From Minutocellus sp. GHC0000111 (lineage: Eukaryota), in the NCBI GenBank assembly GCA_977018835.1, contig OZ361258.1:3968001-4032000 (forward strand): 64,000 bases of DNA, given 5' to 3'. The translations under genes and the position numbers were made by a program. The stretch's first letter is position 1. Each line of letters opens with the position of its first letter. The notes under the pieces were generated by a model. The model did not search any database, was not told where the DNA came from, and saw only the letters and a list, made by a program, of their open reading frames with translations. Below, one piece after another: positions 1 through 11,588 of this stretch.

Positions 1-3000
1 GGCTTCGAAACTTGTCCCTTGGGCAGTGACATAGTTGGAGACTTTGGCATCAATGGCAGATTTGGCCACAGTTGGCGCAGGGCGGGAGGAGCCGGGGTGC
101 CTTGGCTGCACCGCCGTGGCTTTCCCAGCGACTTTCGTTACCACCTTCGCGCTAGATTTGCTCGAGAGAGTGGGGTTGGGTACTGGAGCGCCAGGGTGCC
201 TTGCAATGCCGGGCTTCGTAGATGCGACTGGGTGCTTCGATACCGGCAGTTTCGACACGACGGGTGCCCCCTTCTTCACATTTACATACGGTGCTGACGC
301 TGGTGCTCTTGCCTTGGTGGCTGTAGCCCTTGCTGAAGCAGCAGCGGCGGCGGCAGCTCTCAGCTTTTCCCGGTGCTTCTTGTGCCGATGAGCATTCAAG
401 CCACGGAGAGCCTTGAGGGTTGGCGGGATGTCCGTTGGAGTACATATGGAGCACTCTTCGGGTTTCTCGCACGATACCAGATGATAAAGCAAATGCTTCA
501 CCTTGCGGCACCATGGGAAGGGGCAAACATCAAATGTTGACGTCGTCCCCGGACAGTCGCGCACGTGCATCATCATGAACTTGGTGTTTTGGCATACGTC
601 TCGCATCTTTCCGACCTTGTGCCTGAGAAATTAAAAGATATTAAGAGAGAGAGAGAGAGAGGTGAGAAATTTGGTGCCGATGGCATGTACATACATATAG
701 TAATCAAAACGTGCGCCTGAATAGTCGTACCTTCCAGGGCAGCATTGTGCATGACCCATAAGTATCAATAACCTCGACGCTTCATTGTCCTTGAGCTTTG
801 GACCGGCGTAATCTGTCCCAAAGTCTTCCGCCTCGGCTCGCTCCGCCGGCGACAGGTTGCCATTGTACGTTTTGAGACCCTCGTCGTCATCAGATTCGTC
901 GGACGAATCTCCCTTGAGACTGACGGCCTCGTCATCACCACTTGCTTCTGATTCCGACTCATACAGCTCGCTGAGATCAGGAAACTTCGGCGGGGGCGCA
1001 AGATGTGCGCTTGCTATGCAAGCGCTTGGAGCCGGTCCTTTTGCCCGAAGAGCCACAGAGGCACCGCCTCCAGAACCACCGCTGGATGAGTCCTCGGCAT
1101 GCGCCAAAAGAGCAGGATGATATTGAATGGAATTGGCAGGTGCAGAGATGTCGATGCGAGGCACCTGTCTCTTCCCACACTTTGGGCAATCTTGCTGACG
1201 AAGGCACCACCAAGGATTGGCGTCACATGTAGAAACATACACCTCGTTGCACAAACCGCAAATGAATTCAACAGTACGTGGGCCGGCCATTTTGTCGGAG
1301 GAGGGTGAGCTTGGGGACTTGCTGCTGCCGGACTTGACAGCTGCACCGCCTTGCTTGGAAGTTTCGGCCTTGTTCTGCTCGGCAGCAGCCGCGGCCGACT
1401 GCTGTGCCTGGGCCTGTCGAGCTTGGGCAGCAAATGCGGCATGACGGATGCGCTCCCGCTCCAGTCTCTTGGCTTTTTTCCTTCGTCGCTGCCTACGATC
1501 TCGACGCCGAATCAGCCGTTCCTTCTCCTCGTCTGTTAGATTCTTCTCTGATAGCCGACGCTTCTTCCCTCGGTTGGCGGTGGACTTCTTCCCCGTCCGT
1601 CGCAGCTCCGCGGCGGCAGAAGAAGTCACCGGCGTATCAAGGGGTGGGAGCCCTGCCGCCGCACGAGCCTTGGCCCGGGCCGCCAACTGAGCGGCGGTTG
1701 CCACCTGCTGAGCCTGGACCTTGGCAACAGCTGCCGATGCCGGGCCTGCGGGGACGATGGTAGATCTCGACGCGGGAGTGGTCGACGACCGGGTGGAGGC
1801 TCCCCTCGCGGTCACAGCATCGTTGGACGAGTCTGAACCCGAAGAGGCCACAAGAGCTGGCTTGGGTGCACCGGGATGGGAAGGTCGGACGACGCCGGCC
1901 TTGGCCTTGGTCCCCCTTGGTGCTGGCGGAGGGGGTGGGATCTTCGAGGAGGACAGCGATGCCAAGGCACCGGCTCCCTCTTCGATGGCTTCGGCCACCA
2001 ATCCAGCTCGATGCGCCGCTCGGAGGGTGGGGTCGGTAACCACCATCTTGTGAGCTCCCTGCGCCGCACTTACAGAAGACGACACCTGCTCCGACCCCGG
2101 AGTCATGCCGGCGAACAATATCTTCCTCTTGGGCTGGCCGGACTCTCCGGAGGTGGAGTCGAAGGAATCTTCGGTCGTCGTCGAGGCAATCTTGGTCATA
2201 CTAGGCTCCTTGGCGCGAGGCGATTGGACGGCAGTCTGGGCCTGGCCGACGCCATGACCCGACGTCCGAGCCTTGGATCCCAAAGTGGCACCGTGCAGAC
2301 GGGCCGTGAGGGAGGACCCACCGCCCTTCAAGGGTTTGCCCAGTATCGACGGTGCCGGGGGAGGCGCCAGGGGCGGGGTGGTTGATTCCTCACTGCCGGC
2401 ACCGGCACCACTGGGCGACGAGGAAGACGAATCCTGCCGCTGCTGCGCGGCGGCCAACCGTGCGGCCTCCTCGCGCTTCCGGCGCTCTTCGGCCGCGGCG
2501 GCGAAGGTACCCTTGCCACCGCTGATGGCGGCCGCGCTGGGCCGAGGCCCACGGGCGCTGGTGGGCATCCCGGCAGGATTGCGCGTGGCGCCCTGCTGGG
2601 CGGCCAGCTGCTTGGTCAGCCGAACCTTGACCGGTAGGAGGTTGGCCAAAATGTGTTCCTCGAGCTTTTGGACCGTCTCCTCCTGCTCCTTCTCGCGGGT
2701 GAGCTTGGTAAGGGCCGCCGAGTTGGCAAAGTCTCGCTTGGCCTTGTCGTGGTCATCACCGGCATTGTTATCGGTGGCACTGGTACTGGTACTGGTGGTG
2801 TCGGGATGGTCCTCGTCAACGGCAGTCATGGCCTCGTCGGTAGTAACTGCAGCGGTGGCAGTATCGGCACCGGCATCTTCCAGTTCGGCCAAACATCCGT
2901 CCTTGATCTGCTGTATGGTATCCTCGAGATGGACGATGAAGGAGTGGAGCTTCTCCCTCCGTTCTCGGGAGGCCGCCGACTCGGTGCTCGGGGCCGCGGC

Positions 3001-4146
3001 GGCGCTGGCGTCGGTGCCACCGCCGCCGCGGGCTCCCAGCAGCTGCTTCTCGAGCTTTCGAAACTCGACGCTCATGTACTCGAGCTCTTGGAGGTACTTC
3101 TTCCGCAGGTGGTGCATGGTGAGGGACTTGAGGGGCAGGGGCGGGGACTGAGGCCGGGACGCAGATGCTGAAGCTGAGGCAGGTGCGGATGCAGATGTTG
3201 TAGAGTTGTCGTCGCCATCTCCTACAGCAGCTGCAGCAGAAGGTGCTGCCGGTTGCGAAGCAGAAGGTTGTGGAGGAGGAGGGACCTCAGCTATCGACGT
3301 GGCCGAGCCCCCATTGGTGGTATTCTTATGCGTCGGCGTGGAGCTTCGGCTCTCATCCTCGTCCTTACCGCCATTTTTAGAAGTGTTGATGGGGGAGACG
3401 ACAGCTCCTCCTCCGTCTTTGGCCGGGACAGACGCAGCCTCGGCAGTGGCAGGATCAGCAGAAGAAGTGCCACCACAGTCGTGGGAAGGTGGAGGGTGGT
3501 CGAGCTTGGCCCGCTTGCTGCTCCGCCCCCCGTTGCTGTTCGTGCTACCTGTGCTATCCGGAGACCCACCATCGTCGGAAGCAAGAGATTCACTGGCCGT
3601 TCGCTCCTTGGCGTTGGCCCTGGCGGACGCCCTGGCCGCCCGTGTATTGCGAGAGGGCGACGGAGGGACCACCGCCTGGCTGCCTTGGCTGTGGCCGTGG
3701 CTGTTGCTCCGCGTGGCCCTGCCCTTGAGGTTGGAACCTGGCGACGACGGGGCGGCGACGCAGTTACTGCTACTACCGCCGCCGCCATCAGATCGATCGG
3801 ACAATGATCGCTTGGCAGGAAGCGACTGTGGAAGCATGCCATCGTTGTTGTTTTGGTTGTCATTGGGAACAATAATTTTGGAAGACGATGCATTACCACC
3901 GATGGTCATGGTCATGGTGGCAACGGCGGCGGTGTTTTGGAGACGGGTCAGATCCGACGTCGAGTTCATGTTCGCGAGAGAATTTTCGGAATTGTGCGAT
4001 GGTTGCAGGACCAGTCGACGCGACGACGATGCAGATGATTCCAAATGTTCGAGATTGGTAGAGGAGGGGACGGATTTAGCAGCGGTGGTAGTGGTAGTGG
4101 TGGAGGCAGATCGACGATGAGAGGCGCGGGTGATTCGGGATGGCAT
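1..4146 (-). CDS. TAZ zinc-finger and zinc-ribbon nuclear protein (3' end runs off the window)
   Basis: Likely ATG at 4146 (MPSRITR). Exon 1 4146-731, GT-AG intron 730-623, exon 2 622-<1 open to the edge. The spliced sequence LLILMGHAQCCPGRHKVGKMRDVCQNTKFMMMHVRDC..CPFPWCRKVKHLLYHLVSC..CSIC has TAZ-finger His/Cys spacing. Also a CGLC..CPKC ribbon, a basic NLS-like stretch (RRRDRRQRRRKKAKR) and long low-complexity regions. Confidence 0.8.
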
Positions 4147-5554
4147 TTGGATGGTAATTATGTATTCACACAAGTAGTTTGATGACGACGACCCAATCGA
4201 AGAAGAATTAGCAGTGTTCGAAGAAGTGTGCGATGCGGCGAGACACAAAGGCAATCGTTTCGTTCGTTCGTTTCGTTCCAAGCAAGATGGAATGACGAAT
4301 CGATTCGAGATGTGGATGGAAAAGATTTTCGAGCGCGAGGGATGCTTGGGTTAGTTTTGAGCACAAGGATGCAAAGCCGGCACGAAAGAAAAGAATGGGT
4401 ACGTCGAGATGTTTCGGCGCAATGAACGATATGCCGCTTCTATCTCTTCCAATCTCCTTCCTTTCAGATGTGTGGGAGCGATGGGCCGGCCGATGAGAAA
4501 GATAAAACCACTACCGCGTCTCCTGCGTGCGTATGCGCCGGCGAATCGGCCATCTGTCACAGGCCTCGTTTTTTCTGTTTTTCAGCCTCTTGGTGAAGAG
4601 CAGAATGGTTTTGACTTTCTTTTCTTGTTAGACGCCCGACGTCCGATCGGACCCAACATAAAACTCTTCGTGTCCCAATAAAAATCAATATTCCAAGCGC
4701 CACGTCAACCGCGCCACCTCATAAGCCTTGTTCTGCGCAAAGACATCAAATTGAAGTTGCCCACAAAAAAGGCCTGATTTCCGGCAATTTTTGTGTACGT
4801 TCGATCCGACGTCATCGTGACTCACCTTAGCAATGTTTAGGTTTCCCCCTTTTTCGTCGTTTCCGCCGGCTGCCGCCGCTGCTGAGGAGGACGGGGAGGA
4901 ATGGGCACGTGATGTGCCGCCGGCGTCCCGATCGCTCCCGCTGTGGCTGGAGGAAGCAGCGGCGGCACCCCGCGTGCCAACCATTGATGCTTTTCCCAGT
5001 CCGACGATACCCCAGCTGCCCGAGCAAACTACGGCTCCAGCCCAGTGTTTTCTTTTTTTCACCAACCAGACTGCACGTAGGTGTCGGGCCCGCGAGCGAT
5101 TCGAGTGCGTTCGAGTGCTGTCCCGCCAGTCGTTCCCTCGCGCTACTCTCAATCAATCTCAGGTGAGCAGCACCGAAAAAGCCAATATCCAAAGAGAGCT
5201 TATCCGACCGACCGCCTATTCTTTGCGTGATGGCCGCCTCGGATGCATTCTCCTGGATATCTCGTGTCCTCGTGCGTACTAGCTAGTACTCGAAATGGGC
5301 ACAGTAGTTGGTCTGCCCCCCAAAACGTACCAAGTGATGGAAAATTGTTACAGGAAAATCTAGGCTATTTGACTAGGGGAGCACCATAATGTCGGCGGGG
5401 AAATGCACCAACTTCAATTTGGCCGTCCGTCCGTCGAACGTGCAAAATCTTGTGACGCCCTCGTTCCTTCCCCATCACATCGGCAGATACCGCCCCTGCT
5501 CATCTTACTCTTCATTCCAAAGGTGCAGTCCGACAAAGACCCTCAAATATAAAT

Positions 5555-7197
5555 ATGGTCACGTTCCTCAAGTTCCTTGCGGCGGCATGCATCGTCAGTT
5601 CCGCCGGTGCCTTTGCGCCGACCTCCAACGCGCGGCAGATGGCAAGATCTTCGGCCTTTCAAGTTGCCCGTGGGTGAGTTTTGCGGTTTTTGAATGGATC
5701 GAATCTTTCTCGTGCATGTTTCCAATTCACAACCAGTACTATAGGCGTTGCCTGTCGGTGATTTTTGCAGTCCGCTGGGCGTGGCAAATAATGATGTGGC
5801 AAAACGTTGCATAATTATTACAACCACATCCTCTTTGGTCGGACCTGGCAATTCCATGACCGATTGATGCGTTGCCAACCGAGTAAAATGCTCGGGCGGG
5901 CACGCGCCGTTAGGTGTCATGGTGCTGGAAGAACGCATACAAATCGATGCTTTTAACCCAGCGTAGATCCCACTTCCATGGACTACGATTCTGGACCTGT
6001 CTTGTCGAACATATCTTGTGACTTTTATGATATTGATATATCCATCGCAACCATCTTCCGATATCTAACACCGTAACCAACTTCAACATTTGATTTTTAT
6101 TTTTTTACAACCGAATAATATGCAACTGCAACTCTATCCATCATCCATTCATCTACGCTGGGTCTCCTGATATGATCCGTTCATTACAATGGCGACCTGG
6201 GCCTAAAAATTGTAGAACTTCCGTACCCCGCGCCGCCTCGAAACGGGGTGACATGGACATGAAGTACACCCTGGTTCTGGTCCGTCACGGCGAATCGACG
6301 TGGAACAAGGAGAATCTCTTTACTGGTTGGGTCGATGTTCCGCTGTCTGAGGGTGGTGTTGGAGAGGCCGAGGCTGGAGCCCAGCTTCTCAAGGAGGAGG
6401 GCTTCACCTTTGATCTGGCCTACACGTCAACGTTGAAGCGGGCTATCAAAACTCTGTGGATTATCCTTGAGGGGCTTGATCTTATGTACATCCCCATTGA
6501 TAATACATGGAGACTCAACGAGAGGCACTGTGAGTGTGGCGTGATTGGTTGTGTTGTGTTGGCTTGGGTTGGGCTTGTCTGCGCACGGCGTAGAAGGGTT
6601 CCGACGTGACATACACTTAGGTTTGCTTGAGGAATATTGCACTTTGTTGGCCGGCCTTCCTCTACTCACTTCGTTCGTTGATTCTAAATACATACAGATG
6701 GTGCCCTTCAGGGGCTCAACAAGCAGGAGACGGTCGATAAGCATGGCAAGGAGCAGGTCCTTGTCTGGAGGCGATCATACGACATCCCCCCTCCCGTTGT
6801 AGACCGATCCAGCGAGCACCATCCATCGAATGATCCTCGATACAAAGGAGTCGAATTCGACGACGAATTCACAGAGAGTCTCAAAACGACCGGCGAGCGT
6901 TTCATGCCGGATTGGGAAAATAAGATTGGGCCCGACATCAAGGCAGGAAAGGTCATTATTGCAGCTCATGGCAATACTCTTCGTGCACTTGTGCAGTATT
7001 TGGACAACATCTCCGACGAGGAGATCTGCGGACTGAACATACCGACGGGCGTTCCACTGATCTATGAGCTTGATGATGATCTCAAGCCCATCCCTCATCC
7101 CGATGCCATTGCCCCTCTTCAAGGCCGTTACCTTGGCAATCAAGAAGAGGTCCGAGCTAGGATCGAAGGAGTCGCAATCAAACGAAGTAAAAAATGA
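5555..7197 (+). CDS. PGAM: 2,3-bisphosphoglycerate-dependent phosphoglycerate mutase, plastid-targeted
   Basis: Exons 5555-5673, 6216-6529, 6698-7197 with phase-consistent GT-AG introns. Signal peptide plus AGA-FAP motif. Motifs [53 protein letters not shown]. The C-terminus probably carries a 1-nt deletion (adding one A gives VANQTK*, stop at 7188-7190). Confidence 0.95.
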
Positions 7198-7431
7198 AAG
7201 TTGCTTCGAGGAAGGAAAGTTTCCCTTGGCTCGTCACATGGTCCTCCCAGCTTAACTTTGCATTCATGTAACAGCTCTTAATGCCATTTAGTTTACGCGA
7301 TCAGTTGCGTGTTACAGTGTAGAGTATCGTACAGGTAGCTAAAGGTCAAGGGCTCGCTAGAGGCTGTCTTGGCCGGTGTGCATCTCTGCTGACAAAGACT
7401 TGGCCATAGTTGATCGCCCGATCAGAGATTA

Positions 7432-7467
7432 CTAGTATAATATCACGAGCTAGTATAATATCACGAG
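7432..7467. repeat. 18-bp tandem duplication (CTAGTATAATATCACGAG)x2
   Basis: Two exact adjacent copies at 7432-7449 and 7450-7467, between convergent gene ends. Confidence 0.9.
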
Positions 7468-7565
7468 CAAGTGAAAGATAGAATTTTTGTTCTTATTCCT
7501 AATACAAATTTTTAGATCTACATATTCCTTGTGAATTATCTTGTCTTTCTCTCTCTCCTCGATCA

Positions 7566-10500
7566 TCATACGACGTCGTTGTTACGAGTAGGGGAGGAAT
7601 TGTCATCATCAGTCTGATCGTTGTCTGTCCACTCACAATCATCGGCAGCAGCAACACCTGGAGCCTCTCCTCTCCCGGATAGGATGCATCCCTGCCCGTG
7701 TACGAACACAAGTTCCATGTTTGGGCCAGCGTTTCGCCAAAGGAGCCATGCCATGGAGGCGGTTACAAAGAGAGGGACGGTCGCAATGACCCAGCCGTAC
7801 CAGGGTAAGCAGGAGGCAAATAGTATGGACATGCCGAAAGAGGCAAGGAAAAGGATCGACACCAGCGCGGCATCCCTCCCTAAGCGGCGTGATGCAAGCC
7901 GAAGTTCTTGTAAAACAATGCCAGACTTGTCGTGGCCAGGGAGGATGTGAAGATTGACGAGGCTACCGACCGACAGATTCTGGTGGACTGCCTTGGAAAC
8001 GTTATCAAGGCGCTTGATGAGTCGACCTCCGGAAGAAGAGGGTGCGACGTACTGGACGAGAAGATGTCTAGTGTCGACATCGCAGCGTCTGGGCTCATTC
8101 TTTTTCACCACGGTACCCTTGACCTCGCGGGCATTGGATGAGTAGCGTGCAATGATGCCGGTCAAGCCCTGTCTTTGTCGGAGGGCATGGCCGAGGACGA
8201 AGGAACAGAGAGCTGAAACGATGGATACAATTACCAAATAGAGGATGGGGTCGTTGACAAAGTAACAGTTCCTGTCCTCGTTCGAGAAATAAGCCATCGC
8301 ACCAGGGACGACGGGGGTCACTGTCTCACCCTGGCCCGTTATAGACATGACAAAGGCATCCCGAGAAACAGTATCGTCGTCGTACTCTCTCGACCTCATA
8401 AGACTTCCGCCGGTAGTGCCGACCAAAATGGCGCCTCCGTTGCCATCGACGAGGACGCCACCGCGGGAGGCCAGCCGGTCATCCCCGCGGGAACCAATCT
8501 GTCGAGTCCACTCCGGTCGGCCGGTAGTGCCGTCGACTCGGACAAGGAAAATGTCATCGCCACCGGCAGAAACGTGTCGGTGACGTTCGGTTCCGTCTCC
8601 GTTGATACGCCCACCGTCGGTGACGACTCCACCGACGTAGACAGCGCCATCTACCGCAGAAACGGCGCAGCCAGTGGCGTAGGCGTCGGTCCCATCACCG
8701 TCGTCTTCGCCATGGTACTCACGGATCCATTCCGCCACGAGGCCCTCGTCGAGGTTGAGCTTCACGACGAACGCCCGGCGGCGGGGGGCGGACGTTCCCA
8801 AAACCGAATCGCGGGTGGGACGTTCGATCTGGAGCGATCCGTCGACGGGGTCGGTCGTGGCCTTGGAACTGGGCCGGATCAGCGCCCCCGTGGTCGAACC
8901 GACGACGTAGACGGTGTTGACGTGCTCGGTTTGGGTGGTGTCCAGACAAAGGCCGTGGACGACGTCGTGACCATCGAAGGTGGATCGAATCCGCAGCGAT
9001 GTCTTGCCCCGTCCGGTCACGGTGAGCTTGTCAGGGTCGACCAGTTGGCCGGTAGCGGGATCGAGGAGGGTGACGAATCCGTCGGTATCGTAGGTACCAT
9101 CGGGAGCGCTCTGGCCGAAGCTCGGGCCAAACCCACGGGTCGATCCGGCCACGACGAGGAAGTCGGACTTGGTAATTTTGGTACCGTCGGTGTTGGTCTT
9201 GGTGACCACCGTCCGTGGTACGTAGATGAGATCGGCGGCGGTGACGGAGGTGCCGTCGAGGGATGAGAACTGCTGCGTCCATTGGTCAATCATGGTAGAG
9301 CCGACCATGGTATTGGTTTGGGGATCGTCGCCGCCATCGGCGAGGGCTCCAGTTGTTGAGGTGAGGGCCACCTTCTTGACGACGAGGGACGACCCACCGG
9401 ACGAAGGGACGGTTGGGTCCTGCTCTTCCTCATCTTCGGCACCATCACCACCGCTGTTGTTGTTCTTGTTGTGGCTGCTCCGACCACCAGACTGCTGCAT
9501 CTCATCCTCCTCCTCCTCCTCGCCATCGATATCTTGGGGCACTCCAAAGCCAAAGTTGTTATCACCTCCGGCATTGGGATCGACGTCGCTGGTCTGCAGC
9601 AGCAGGTAGGCGAACTCCGGCCCACCGGCCAATACGTCGCCCAGTCGGACATCGTCTCCCTCAAACTCCTCGTCCTCCCCCAAGCTGCGGGGCGGCACCG
9701 TCCCGGCGACGGGGTAGGTGACCACCTCCTCCTGGAACAGCCTGCCCCCGAGGAGGTTGGCGTCGAATTCGATGGAGCCTCTGTTATTGGTGGTAGTGGT
9801 GGGCGCGTCAGCATCAGTATCGGTATCACCACCATTATCACCGTCATTGGCCGTGCTGGATCCGGGCAGGGTGGCCGTGAGGGTCAGGTCGAGACCGAAC
9901 CCGTAGGTGGTCGTCGACCGATCGAATCCGTTGTCCGTCGACCGGAGGTCCGTCAGCAACCCTCTCGGGGCCGTGTGGCCTAGTACGAGGAGGTGGGACG
10001 ATTCGATGGTCCGCTCCGCCATGGCATTGGCATCGTTATTTTCTTCGACATTGTCGTTTCCATCGCCACCGCCTACAGCGGTGGTGTGCTCGTCGGGATC
10101 GAAGCTGCTCCCGGCGAACGTGGAGCCGAGGAGGGTGACGTCCGTGCAGGCCTCGGCGATGCCGGTCTCCCCCAAACTCTTGACCATGATGCCCGACGCA
10201 CCGGCGGGGTTGTTGGGGAGGGCCAATGCGGTGAGGTAGCAGTCCGACGGCCGGGCCGGCACGGGCGATGTGCTGCCAGTAGTACTGCTACCAGTACCAC
10301 CGCCCACCAACCCATCGGCCTCGTCGCTCTGGTACGACGCCTCGTAGGCCGCGCCGACGACGTACAGCGTCGACGTGACGGGATCGTACGCGGCAGAAGC
10401 GGCGTAGGTGGAGCCGGTGAGGAGGGAGGACGACGAGGAGGTTTGGTATCCGAACGGTATGGTCGTGGCCGCGGCGGTGACTCCGGTGGGGATGCCGAGA

Positions 10501-10931
10501 GCGAGGAGGGACAGCAGGGCTAGTAGGGAGGCGTGCAGGAGTGGCTGCAGAAGTGCCGACGACGATGCTGCTGATGCTGGGCCAGAGGTGGTAGACGAAA
10601 GTCTGTTCAGATTCCGCCGGCTGCTCCTGACCGTGCATTGGGCAGTACGTGGGCTATTTCTGCTGCTGTGGCTGCTGCACCTCTCACTGCCACCATCGGC
10701 AGTCCGAGAATGAGCTCGACTGCGGCATATTGCGCCAGTAGCAGCCGCTGTCGAGGCCGAGCTGCTGCTCCGTCGTTGTCGTCCCGTGGCAATTGCCGCA
10801 CCTGTTCCTCCTTCGCAGCCGCCACCGCATGGCGCAGATTGCATTTCCCTAGTACGACGGCCTAGTTCTTGCCGGTTCTGACCACCCTCGCCGCCGCTGC
10901 TGCCTACCGATGCCCGCATGAGTATCGGCAT
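7566..10931 (-). CDS. Membrane-anchored beta-propeller (SBBP-like repeat) protein with C-terminal transmembrane segments
   Basis: Intronless ORF of over 1100 aa, likely ATG 10931. Hydrophobic leader LLALLSLLALGIPTGVTAA. Repeats DGFVTLLD, AFVVKLNLDEGLVAEWIREY, DIFLVRVDGTTGRPEWTRQIGSRGDD, DAFVMSI. TM ILYLVIVSIVSALCSFVLG, then a small soluble domain and two more TM segments. Confidence 0.7.
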   Translation of the reverse strand: MPILMRASVGSSGGEGGQNRQELGRRTREMQSAPCGGGCEGGTGAAIATGRQRRSSSSASTAAATGAICRSRAHSRTADGGSERCSSHSSRNSPRTAQCTVRSSRRNLNRLSSTTSGPASAASSSALLQPLLHASLLALLSLLALGIPTGVTAAATTIPFGYQTSSSSSLLTGSTYAASAAYDPVTSTLYVVGAAYEASYQSDEADGLVGGGTGSSTTGSTSPVPARPSDCYLTALALPNNPAGASGIMVKSLGETGIAEACTDVTLLGSTFAGSSFDPDEHTTAVGGGDGNDNVEENNDANAMAERTIESSHLLVLGHTAPRGLLTDLRSTDNGFDRSTTTYGFGLDLTLTATLPGSSTANDGDNGGDTDTDADAPTTTTNNRGSIEFDANLLGGRLFQEEVVTYPVAGTVPPRSLGEDEEFEGDDVRLGDVLAGGPEFAYLLLQTSDVDPNAGGDNNFGFGVPQDIDGEEEEEDEMQQSGGRSSHNKNNNSGGDGAEDEEEQDPTVPSSGGSSLVVKKVALTSTTGALADGGDDPQTNTMVGSTMIDQWTQQFSSLDGTSVTAADLIYVPRTVVTKTNTDGTKITKSDFLVVAGSTRGFGPSFGQSAPDGTYDTDGFVTLLDPATGQLVDPDKLTVTGRGKTSLRIRSTFDGHDVVHGLCLDTTQTEHVNTVYVVGSTTGALIRPSSKATTDPVDGSLQIERPTRDSVLGTSAPRRRAFVVKLNLDEGLVAEWIREYHGEDDGDGTDAYATGCAVSAVDGAVYVGGVVTDGGRINGDGTERHRHVSAGGDDIFLVRVDGTTGRPEWTRQIGSRGDDRLASRGGVLVDGNGGAILVGTTGGSLMRSREYDDDTVSRDAFVMSITGQGETVTPVVPGAMAYFSNEDRNCYFVNDPILYLVIVSIVSALCSFVLGHALRQRQGLTGIIARYSSNAREVKGTVVKKNEPRRCDVDTRHLLVQYVAPSSSGGRLIKRLDNVSKAVHQNLSVGSLVNLHILPGHDKSGIVLQELRLASRRLGRDAALVSILFLASFGMSILFASCLPWYGWVIATVPLFVTASMAWLLWRNAGPNMELVFVHGQGCILSGRGEAPGVAAADDCEWTDNDQTDDDNSSPTRNNDVV

Positions 10932-11588
10932 TTTTAAAATACCAATTCTTCCCACCAAAAAATGAAAAACGAAATCAACTCGTGCTGGGTTTTGTTCTTC
11001 CTGCCAGTTGCGCCACTGCAATGCAACCAATGGTCCGGCCTTTCAAAGAGTTTCAGCAGGTAGCAAACAAGGCAAAGCTGCAGTTCCAGGGCTGCCCAAG
11101 TTCGCGTTGGTCCGTCGCGGGTTCAGTTCAAATGAATGCAATTCGATTAATCGTGTGTCGTGTCGCGAGCCAGGGCCGGAGCAGCGCGGAAGCGGCGTAT
11201 GCGTATCAATATCGAGAATCAATCGAACCCACCCCCCAAAGCGGCGCAATTCTAGCCAGGATATCTGCCGTGGCTGCCAATAGCTGCAACGTGACTTGCC
11301 AACGCAATGTTGCAATGTGGAGCCGAACGAGATCAGCCGAACGTGCCCGCGCAATGCAAGCCCGGCAGGCATTGCCATCGGCAGCAAGGCAAGCAAGCGG
11401 AAGCAGATAAAAAAATGAGCGCGGCTTTGGCGGGTCGGATTTCGCCGGCCCGGCAGGCTTGCGCGGAAAAATCCGCCGTTTGTTGGGTCATCGCCGTAAA
11501 TCCGACTGCTGAGAAAAAACACCAAGGCGAGCGAGCGCCAGCAAGCCACGTCATTTTTTCTCTCGTTGAGGCCCCACCACACCCCACC

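Noticed and set aside
5674..6215. Long PGAM intron (and CYP51 intron 11877-12315) as a snoRNA host
   Set aside because: No convincing box C/D pair with a terminal stem or H/ACA structure found by eye; a covariance-model search would be needed.
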